DNA of 64,000 bases, from the IMG/VR virus record IMGVR_UViG_3300036939_000021, positions 1 through 64,000 of that record, one strand, 5' to 3'. The DNA is from a virus. The first letter of the stretch is position 1, and every line of letters begins with the position of its first letter. Below the pieces are notes generated by a model. It ran no database searches, was not told where the DNA came from, and saw only the letters and a program-made list of their open reading frames with translations. Made by a program: the position numbers and the translations under genes. Shown in pieces: positions 56,489 to 64,000 of the stretch.

Positions 56489-59146
56489 ATGCCTTTACCT
56501 ACAACAGCTAAAAAAGGTACTACATTTAACTTTGAAATAGTGGCAGTGTTAGATAAAGATTATCCTAACGCTATTTTAGTTTATTATGGTGAAGCTACAG
56601 AATATAATCATAAAAAACGTGAAACATTTACTTTAGGTTCTGTACCTAATCAAGGTATTACATTAAAATCAAAAGTTCAATCTTTAGGGCAATATACTTA
56701 TATCTGGAAAGTTGAAATAGTTGATAGCATTACTTCTAATTTAACAAAAACAGAATTTCAAACTTACTGTAAAATATTTTTAGATCAATATCGTTCTATT
56801 GAGATTGAGCGACAAATTTTAACATTAGAAGATAGTAAACCTTATATCAATCCTTTTATTATTTTTGATGTCGTTGTTCCTGATGTTCCTATTAATCAAA
56901 ATCCTTTAATTTCTATTACATCGCCTATATCCGGTGTTTCAATTGTTGCAGGAACATTAATAACAATTACAGCACAAGCATCTGATTCAGATGGGACAGT
57001 AGCCAGTGTTAGTTTTTATGCTAATAATATTTTAATAGGAACCGATACAACATCACCCTATTTTATACCTTGGACACCTACACAAGGAAATTATAATTTA
57101 ACTGCTAGAGCAACAGACGATAAAGGTGCTATAACAACTTCTGCTATTATTCCGGTTGTTGTTTCTGCTTCTTCTACTCCGACACCTACAGAGCCTATTT
57201 TAAGAAGTGAAGCAAATTTATTAGGAATAAATATTCCTGCAATGGGGGATTATTTTGCACCATATTTTAGAGATGCTGCAAGACAGTCACGACCCTATGA
57301 GGCAATAGGGGGAGGAGTTATAGCAAAAAATGCTAATGGTTATCCGACTGTTGCAAACTTTCAAGTTTATATATGGGCAGGAGGATATAAAAGACATGGA
57401 ACATATTTTATAGAAATATTACATTCAGATTCTTATTCTGGTGAAGGTATTTTAGATAGATTAGGTGGAGAGTTATCTAATATTATTTACGATATAAATA
57501 TTAATAAAACTACAGCAACTTGGATACATACAAATCCTGATGAATCTGTAGGAATGTTAATATTTCAAGGATTTACTGGAGGGATAACACATTTAAAAGT
57601 TTTGCGTCCTTCAAGTTCGGGTAGTAATATACCTTACGATGAATCTAAGATTTTTATGGATTCTATCGTAGATATTATGGGTAAGTTTGATGGAGCAAGA
57701 TTTTTAGATACAACGGGCGTAAATAGTTCTAGTATTCGTACTTGGAATCAAAGAACTTTAATTACCGATTATTCGCAAGCTAGAGATCAAGGAGAACCTG
57801 AATCAGGTTTTGGATTTGCTGGACGTGGATTAGCTTGGGAATACGTTGCAGATTTAGCCAATGAAGTAAAAGCAAAATATCCAAGTTTTAAAGCAATATG
57901 GATAAATATTCCGGTACTTGCTGATAATGATTATGTACTACAGTTATTTACTTTATTAAAAACTAGATTAAACACCGGAATAATAGTACATTGCGAATTT
58001 GGTAATGAAAACTGGAATTATACAAGACCTTTTTTACACGCTGAATATAATAAAAATGAAGCAGTTTTAGATGCACAGAAACCAGGTAGTTTATTAGTTT
58101 TTGATGGAAATACTGGTGAGTACACATTATCTTGGAGAAGGCAAGCTTTAAGAACTATTGAATTTTATTCTATTGCTCAAACAGTATGGGGAGCTGATGT
58201 AGATAATAAAATTCAATTTCAACTTCAATGGCAACAAAGAAATGGGCAAAACACTGCTGGTGTGATGCTCTCTTTTGTTGATAAAGCTTTGAATGCTCTT
58301 GATATTATTGGAAAATTTGGTTTAGGTGGAAGTTGGTATTATAACCCTATTCATAACGATCCAAATTTAACTATAGATAATATTTGGAATTCAGGTACTA
58401 TGAATTCTGAAACATGGGCAAATGAATGGTTACAGACTGATGTAGATTGGGTTACCGCATATTCTAAACCTAATGGTTTTTTACAATGGAATGGGTATGA
58501 GGGTGGTACAAGTTTTGATAAAGTATTTGAAAGTTTAGAGACGACTAAAGAAGTTGCAGATAAAAATAATGCAATAATGAAACTTGCAAATTATGATTCC
58601 AGAATGACAACTAATCATGTAGAACATATAGATATGGGTTCAAAACATGGTCGTAACTGGAATTATTGTTATAAGTTAGGGGGTGCAAGAGAAAATCAAT
58701 ATGAATGGGCATATTTATATAATCACGATGACTTTAATACACCTAAAATCAATGCAATAGATATTCTTAGATCTAGAAACAGGGCTGCTTTAACATATGG
58801 TAGAATTGTACCTTTTATTATTAATGCTGGATTGTATTCTATCAACGACAAAGGATATGGTGATAGAATTGATGGTGATTATAAATTAGATGGTGAGGAA
58901 ACTGTTAGTTATACGTTTAGGGTAGTAACAGCAGGAAACTATACATTCAGTTTTGTTTCTAATGATACTAATAGTTATAAGATTTTATTTGGTACAACAG
59001 TTTTAAATAATAATATTAATGCATTAGCAAATCAGAGTATAGAACCTATTATTATTAATTGTCCAAATAGTGGATTATATGCAATTAGAATAAAAAATTT
59101 ATCAACAGGTCAAGCATATTTAAAAGAAATTTCTATACAGGTTTAA
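56489..59146 (+). CDS. virion protein: Ig-like (Big) domain + glycoside-hydrolase-like barrel + CBM-like C-terminus
   Basis: ASDSDGTVASVSFY..DTTSPY..LTARATDD.G; RFLD..WEY..DLANE..WINIP..EFGNENWN; YEGG. Confidence 0.7.
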   Translation: MPLPTTAKKGTTFNFEIVAVLDKDYPNAILVYYGEATEYNHKKRETFTLGSVPNQGITLKSKVQSLGQYTYIWKVEIVDSITSNLTKTEFQTYCKIFLDQYRSIEIERQILTLEDSKPYINPFIIFDVVVPDVPINQNPLISITSPISGVSIVAGTLITITAQASDSDGTVASVSFYANNILIGTDTTSPYFIPWTPTQGNYNLTARATDDKGAITTSAIIPVVVSASSTPTPTEPILRSEANLLGINIPAMGDYFAPYFRDAARQSRPYEAIGGGVIAKNANGYPTVANFQVYIWAGGYKRHGTYFIEILHSDSYSGEGILDRLGGELSNIIYDININKTTATWIHTNPDESVGMLIFQGFTGGITHLKVLRPSSSGSNIPYDESKIFMDSIVDIMGKFDGARFLDTTGVNSSSIRTWNQRTLITDYSQARDQGEPESGFGFAGRGLAWEYVADLANEVKAKYPSFKAIWINIPVLADNDYVLQLFTLLKTRLNTGIIVHCEFGNENWNYTRPFLHAEYNKNEAVLDAQKPGSLLVFDGNTGEYTLSWRRQALRTIEFYSIAQTVWGADVDNKIQFQLQWQQRNGQNTAGVMLSFVDKALNALDIIGKFGLGGSWYYNPIHNDPNLTIDNIWNSGTMNSETWANEWLQTDVDWVTAYSKPNGFLQWNGYEGGTSFDKVFESLETTKEVADKNNAIMKLANYDSRMTTNHVEHIDMGSKHGRNWNYCYKLGGARENQYEWAYLYNHDDFNTPKINAIDILRSRNRAALTYGRIVPFIINAGLYSINDKGYGDRIDGDYKLDGEETVSYTFRVVTAGNYTFSFVSNDTNSYKILFGTTVLNNNINALANQSIEPIIINCPNSGLYAIRIKNLSTGQAYLKEISIQV

Positions 59147-59150
59147 ATTA

Positions 59151-60848
59151 ATGGTTATTCTATACAATAAACAAGGTATTTCGGTTGATGTTCCTGAAGG
59201 AGCGGTTGAACAGGCTTTAAATGAAGGTTTTACTAGAGATTTTCCTACTTTAGCTGTTTTAATAAAAAACTATAATCCTAATGTTAATCAGGATGAAATA
59301 CCTGTAGATATACAAGGAACGTTAAAACAAGTAGAATTTATTTTACAAAATCGTTCGGATACTGTTATTAATGTTCGTTATGGCGATACAGGTAGTGAAA
59401 CTAATATACCTGGAGGTGTACCTGCTAATGGTAAATTAAGATTTACTGCTTTTTCTGGTACAACACAAGTAAGTAGTTTACCTACGGTCTTAGTAACTTC
59501 TTCTGATTCTGATAATTTTGTAGAGTTAGAAAAATTTATTATATTTACAGCTACGCAACAAAAAAGTGGAACTATAACAAAAGTTGAGTTTTATTCTGGT
59601 GCAAGATTATTAGGTACTGTAGTATCAGCACCTTATACACTACAGCATACTTTTACAGCTACAGGAAAATATAAAATATACGCACGTTGTTATAGTGGTA
59701 CTGATTATACAACGAGTAATTTTTTAGATGTTTTTGCCATACCTAATAGAAGACAAGATCGAAATTTTACTCCTACCGTAACGCTAACAGCACCAAACAC
59801 CGGAATAATAAATCAAGCTGTTTTATTACAAGCGATTGCTACAGATTTAGATGGTACGGTTAATAAAGTTGAATTTTATTCTAATGATTTAAAAATAGGC
59901 GAAGATATAACAACACCATATTCTTTAAGTTATACTTTTGTTACTGGTGGAACTTATGTAGTAAAAGCAAGAGTTTATGATAATTTAGGTGCAACATCAG
60001 AATCTAATATTATACAGATTGTTATTTCAGCACCTTCTGTTCCTATTCCTACAATTTCTGTAACAGCACCAAGTACAGCTAATACAAATACCGCTCTTAC
60101 TTTAAATGCTACTGCAAGTATTACAGGAGATACGATAGCAGGTGTTCAATTTTTAGTAAATGGTATTAATCAAGGTAGTGCTGATACAACATCACCTTAT
60201 TCCATAAGTTGGACTCCTACCACACCGGGAAATTATACAATTACTGCTATTGCAACCGGAGTTTTAGGAGGTAGTGCTACAAGTGCAGGAGTAACGGTAA
60301 CGGTAACAACCCCAGCTGTACCAACTCCTACAATATCTATTGCTAATACAACACCAAAAGCAGGATTAATAAATGAAGTTTTTATAATAACCGCAACAGC
60401 AGCTTTAACAGGAGATACATTAACTTCTGTTCAATTTAGAGTTGATGGATCGAATATAGGAAGTCCGGATACAGTAGCACCTTATAGTTTAAGTCATACT
60501 TTTACAACAAAAGGTATTAAGCAATTATCAGCTATTGCTTTAGGTTCTCAAGGTGGAACAGCAACATCAGCTAACTACTCTATACAAATATTTGACTCAA
60601 AGGTCGTTGGTGGAGGTGCTGGTGCTGGTGGTGCTTCCTTAGGTGCTGATCCTGCCGATTTTATGTTATTTGACACTAATTTAGCTGGGGGCAATGCTTC
60701 AACTATGGCGATATTCGTAGGAGCAACACAAGTGGGGGCATTTAATTATGATGATACAAGTTATGCAGGTAAACCTTTTGCTTATTTTCATAATGCAACT
60801 AGCACTATGTACACAGGAACTATTCAACCTACTGTTAACTTTTCCTAA
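59151..60848 (+). CDS. virion protein with four tandem Ig-like (Big) domains
   Basis: 4x V.F....+G.D...PY.....T..G.Y. Confidence 0.8.
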   Translation: MVILYNKQGISVDVPEGAVEQALNEGFTRDFPTLAVLIKNYNPNVNQDEIPVDIQGTLKQVEFILQNRSDTVINVRYGDTGSETNIPGGVPANGKLRFTAFSGTTQVSSLPTVLVTSSDSDNFVELEKFIIFTATQQKSGTITKVEFYSGARLLGTVVSAPYTLQHTFTATGKYKIYARCYSGTDYTTSNFLDVFAIPNRRQDRNFTPTVTLTAPNTGIINQAVLLQAIATDLDGTVNKVEFYSNDLKIGEDITTPYSLSYTFVTGGTYVVKARVYDNLGATSESNIIQIVISAPSVPIPTISVTAPSTANTNTALTLNATASITGDTIAGVQFLVNGINQGSADTTSPYSISWTPTTPGNYTITAIATGVLGGSATSAGVTVTVTTPAVPTPTISIANTTPKAGLINEVFIITATAALTGDTLTSVQFRVDGSNIGSPDTVAPYSLSHTFTTKGIKQLSAIALGSQGGTATSANYSIQIFDSKVVGGGAGAGGASLGADPADFMLFDTNLAGGNASTMAIFVGATQVGAFNYDDTSYAGKPFAYFHNATSTMYTGTIQPTVNFS

Positions 60849-61171
60849 TGGCAACTCTTACGGCTAACGCTCAAAGACTAGGAACTAATTATAAAAACGC
60901 TGCTTTTGTTTCTACTGGTAGTGTTTTTGCTGTAGGAACTACTACAGTTTTTATCAGAGAAGCTAACGGTACTTTAAGAAGTTGGCAAAATGGCAGAGCA
61001 TCTTTTTTGAATACCTTGCCTGGAACTAATAAAGATGAAATTCCAGCCTACACAGCTTTTCAAGTACTGCCAAGTCAGGAAATAATAACAGATGATAGTT
61101 TATTATCATTTGGAACCACCATTGCTACGGGTGGCGGCACGACTGTAAATGCTAACGGATTTATTCTCTAA
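60848..61171 (+). CDS. small virion/tail protein
   Basis: TAATG coupling in the structural operon. Confidence 0.6.
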   Translation: MATLTANAQRLGTNYKNAAFVSTGSVFAVGTTTVFIREANGTLRSWQNGRASFLNTLPGTNKDEIPAYTAFQVLPSQEIITDDSLLSFGTTIATGGGTTVNANGFIL

Positions 61172-61173
61172 TC

Positions 61174-61902
61174 ATGACTCAAAATACTAGACCAGTTGAC
61201 GTTTCAGCAAATGGCAGCACTTCACAGGTTAATCTAATCGTAGATAGAAACGCATCAGGACACGAGGCAATGGGACGAGCGTTAGTTCACAACGAAAACC
61301 TGGTCAGTGCCGCAAATCCTTTGCCTATCACCAATGCAAGCTTGCCTAGTACATTAGGTGCTAAAATAGCTGCTCAAAGTTTTGCGGTAACTCTTTCTAC
61401 TGACGGTGCGTTTGCTACTGCTTTCGGTGCTGCGACTGACGCTGCGTCTGCAACAGATACGGGAAACACTGGATTTATATCGCTTTTTAAACGTTTGTTT
61501 TCCAAGCTCCCAGCTGCTTTGGTAAACAATAGATTTGCTGTAGATTCAGTTGTCCGTACTGCTGTAACAAATCCATTGCAATATGCCGCCATAGGTACTA
61601 GTGCAGGCGCAAATATTAAAAATACAACAGGCTCACTTTATTCGTTGTCTTGTTTGAATTCAAATGCAAGCACTCGCTATGTTCAGCTTTTTAATAAGAA
61701 TACTGCTCCAGTGGCTAGTGATATACCGTTAGAAAGTTTTGCTGTCTACGGAAATGATGGTCAATTAGTGCTAGGTCAAGACTATTTTACGTTGAATGGT
61801 ATTGATTTTTCTACTGGTATTAGTTGGGGAATATCAACTACGCGTAACTTATATACAGCAGCTACAGCAGCAGATACTATTTTTACAGCGAGGTATTTAT
61901 GA
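61174..61902 (+). CDS. tail-fibre-associated structural protein
   Basis: Ala/Thr-rich; IK...G.LY.L...N....RYVQLFN..G..FSTGI. Confidence 0.6.
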   Translation: MTQNTRPVDVSANGSTSQVNLIVDRNASGHEAMGRALVHNENLVSAANPLPITNASLPSTLGAKIAAQSFAVTLSTDGAFATAFGAATDAASATDTGNTGFISLFKRLFSKLPAALVNNRFAVDSVVRTAVTNPLQYAAIGTSAGANIKNTTGSLYSLSCLNSNASTRYVQLFNKNTAPVASDIPLESFAVYGNDGQLVLGQDYFTLNGIDFSTGISWGISTTRNLYTAATAADTIFTARYL

Positions 61903-62768
61903 GCGGTTCTTTCCCTCCTCCATCTCTTGATCCTGTTGCTTTAACTTACGCGGCTCCTGGAACTTTTACTCTGACGATTCCTGCAAATGCAAAGTTGTTG
62001 CGCTTGATTGCAATAGCTTCCGGTAGTGGCGGTGCTAGCGGTCGTAGAGGTGCAGCGGGTACAGCCAGATTCGGTGGTGGTTCCGGTGCTTCTGGAAACA
62101 CTTCTGACGTAACCTATTCAGTCTCCTCTTTGGAATCCAGGATTCTCACAATTACTGTTCCTGCTGGTGGTGTTGGAGGAGCTGCTGTAACAACAGATGA
62201 TACTAATGGTGCTAATAGCGTAGCTGGAAGTTCTGCTTTTGTGACTATACCTGAACGAACTCTAATAGCCGCCAGTGGTAACGGGTTAGCGTCTGGTGGT
62301 ACTAACGCCGCTGGTGCGGGTGCGAGTATGTTCGCAGCCACTCAGCCCGGTACATTTTCAGGAGTGGCAGGAGTTTCAGCAATTGTCAATGGTACATCTA
62401 CGACAGGGCTATCTAATGCAAACGGCGCTGCTTCTGGTGGTGCCGGGGGGGGGATCGATGCAAGTAATGTCGTCAGAGCTGGAGGAAACGGAGGACTAGG
62501 TGGAAGAACTAATGCTCGGTCGTTAGCCGATGCTGGCAGTGGTGGTGCGATAGATACACCTGGAACTTCAGCAGGTGTACGACAGCCCGGAAATCTCGGA
62601 GGTTCTGGTGGTGGTGGCGGTGGGGCAAGTATCACTGCTGCTGGCGGCAATGGCGGTGACGGAATACTAGGTGGTGGCGGTGGCGGTGGCGGTGCCTCTG
62701 CTAACGGATTCAATTCTGGTGCTGGCGGTAAGGGTGGAGACGGAGCTGTGTATATTTACTACTGGTAA
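61899..62768 (+). CDS. glycine-rich tail fibre-type protein
   Basis: GGGGGG tracts; C-terminal GG.GGDGAVYI. Confidence 0.75.
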   Translation: MSGSFPPPSLDPVALTYAAPGTFTLTIPANAKLLRLIAIASGSGGASGRRGAAGTARFGGGSGASGNTSDVTYSVSSLESRILTITVPAGGVGGAAVTTDDTNGANSVAGSSAFVTIPERTLIAASGNGLASGGTNAAGAGASMFAATQPGTFSGVAGVSAIVNGTSTTGLSNANGAASGGAGGGIDASNVVRAGGNGGLGGRTNARSLADAGSGGAIDTPGTSAGVRQPGNLGGSGGGGGGASITAAGGNGGDGILGGGGGGGGASANGFNSGAGGKGGDGAVYIYYW

Positions 62769-62774
62769 CAAATT

Positions 62775-64000
62775 ATGAGTGGATCGTTTAGTTCGCCTTC
62801 AACAGCATCAGCAGGGTCTACTAACTTTAAACAACCGCAAACAGGAACTATTACTAGAACCCTGTCTGCGAAATTAGCTGAAAGCGTAAGTGTTAAAGAC
62901 TTCGGGGCTGTAGGCAATAATATTGCTGATGATACCGCAGCTATTCAAGCAGCTATTGATGCCGTTAAAAATACGGGAGTAAAACTTGTTATTCCCGCTG
63001 GAAACTACAAAATTACCGATACCATCAAGATTGGATACGGAAATAGCCAATATGTAGCTATCCATATTGAAGGTGCCGGACGGAATCAAGACTTTGGTAC
63101 GTGTCGATTTATTGCAACCTTCAATGATAGACCCGCAATTAATATCCAGGGAGCTAGAGGGGTAACACTTTCTGGAATATCTGTAAAAGGTGTAAATGTT
63201 GCCCCAGAGTCAAGAAGTGATTTTCTAACTAATCCTGACTATCTCGACTGGATAACGGCAGGTTGCACTTTTGGCACTTACAACCCTTATTGTGGGATTG
63301 CTATTGACGCTTACTCAGGTGCCGATCCTGGAGCAGGCATTGATTATCCTAACGATCCTTACGGACGTTTTCACACAAGTAGAGTAACTGTCAAAGAGGT
63401 TGAGGTTCGTAACTTTGTTGTAGGATATTGTGTCAAACCAGCGAATGACGACAACAACGCCGAGGATATTGCCTTTAGAGATTGTGTGGCAAAGGGATGT
63501 ACATTTGGTTTGACAACAGGAGGAAAACAAAACAAAGGAATTAGCTATACCGATGGAGCGATGATTAATTGCTTCTGTGCTTATTCTGGCTTGCGCTATG
63601 GCAAACAAAATGGTTCAATCCCCAGATTATTTAATTTAGATATTGTAGTATGCCATCGGATTCTAGAAGTTGCACATACTGTATACTCAGGTTCTATAAC
63701 AGGACTGTATTGTGAAAATATCTGTGAACTAGGGTATTTTGGAAGTGGTTATGCTAGCGCTAGCAATACTCTGTCTATAACAGGCTGTACATTCAACAGA
63801 ACAGAATACAATAGTGGGGTTTTCGCAGCTTTCTACATGAACGTAGCTTTTCATGGCTGTTCATTTCAAGCTGCCGATCCCGAAGGTGTAATCAACTTTT
63901 ATCTTGACCCTTTAAACGTATATATCGCTTTTAATAACTGTACTTTTGGTCACACTCAAGGAAACGCAAATACTAAGCGTGTTGTCTATTCCGGCACCAA
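62775..64000 (+). CDS. tail spike/depolymerase with pectate-lyase-like beta-helix (3'-truncated; not in ORF track)
   Basis: Manual translation RTLSAKLAESVSVKDFGAVGNNIADDTAAIQAAIDA..IPAGNYKI; appears to run off the window end. Confidence 0.85.
   Translation, partial: MSGSFSSPSTASAGSTNFKQPQTGTITRTLSAKLAESVSVKDFGAVGNNIADDTAAIQAAIDAVKNTGVKLVIPAGNYKITDTIKIGYGNSQYVAIHIEGAGRNQDFGTCRFIATFNDRPAINIQGARGVTLSGISVKGVNVAPESRSDFLTNPDYLDWITAGCTFGTYNPYCGIAIDAYSGADPGAGIDYPNDPYGRFHTSRVTVKEVEVRNFVVGYCVKPANDDNNAEDIAFRDCVAKGCTFGLTTGGKQNKGISYTDGAMINCFCAYSGLRYGKQNGSIPRLFNLDIVVCHRILEVAHTVYSGSITGLYCENICELGYFGSGYASASNTLSITGCTFNRTEYNSGVFAAFYMNVAFHGCSFQAADPEGVINFYLDPLNVYIAFNNCTFGHTQGNANTKRVVYSGT

Noticed and set aside
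62114-63608. Minus-strand ORFs (62114, 62342, 62874, 63315) and similar shadows elsewhere (e.g. 2190, 16241, 19037, 30722, 52836)
   Set aside because: Antisense or alternate-frame shadows of well-supported genes.
1-64000. CRISPR array or mini-array
   Set aside because: Repeats are dispersed promoters, terminators and motifs, not regularly spaced repeat-spacer units; no cas genes other than tnpB.
1-64000. tRNA/rRNA genes
   Set aside because: No cloverleaf or T-loop context recognised by eye; tRNAscan-SE would be needed to exclude them.
1-64000. Host HIP1 (GCGATCGC) as the iterated motif
   Set aside because: Not observed; the enriched motif is unrelated and non-palindromic.
56489-64000. Diversity-generating retroelement acting on fibre genes
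   Set aside because: No reverse transcriptase and no TR/VR pair seen; Ig repeats diverge at all positions.

Overview
AT-rich (roughly 30% GC by eye) segment of a large tailed phage, most likely a long-tailed (siphovirus-like) cyanophage. Host inference rests on a SigF-like sigma factor, cyanobacterial-type tnpB elements and a C39-peptidase lysin. From 1 to 47.6 kb there are many small promoter-gene-terminator units driven by about 25 near-consensus TTGACA(TCT)-N17-TAnnnT promoters. Among them are a ParB-like protein, two MazG-like genes, a Dam-class methylase, KilA-N proteins, HNH endonucleases, two tnpB insertions, ThyX/dCTP deaminase, the terminase large subunit and a sigma/ParB-N/PAPS-reductase/ASCH locus. 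From 46 to 64 kb are virion genes: a tail chaperone with a -1 frameshift, two tail-tube paralogues, tip protein J, scaffold, major capsid protein, Ig-like and glycoside-hydrolase-like proteins and a truncated beta-helix tail spike. Most notable observations: (1) an early gene ending in the heterocyst-inhibitor pentapeptide RGSGR, plus a decayed PatX-like gene; (2) a highly iterated motif GGAATMAT (at least 60 copies by eye) that shapes codons and terminators and is missing from recently acquired DNA; (3) an RHH-flanked membrane protein/FtsK-like ATPase module; (4) a late-gene motif GTGGAATATTGTAAAT that also precedes a protamine-like protein; (5) direct-repeat-flanked gene cassettes. All family assignments are from motif recognition by eye; no database searches were run.
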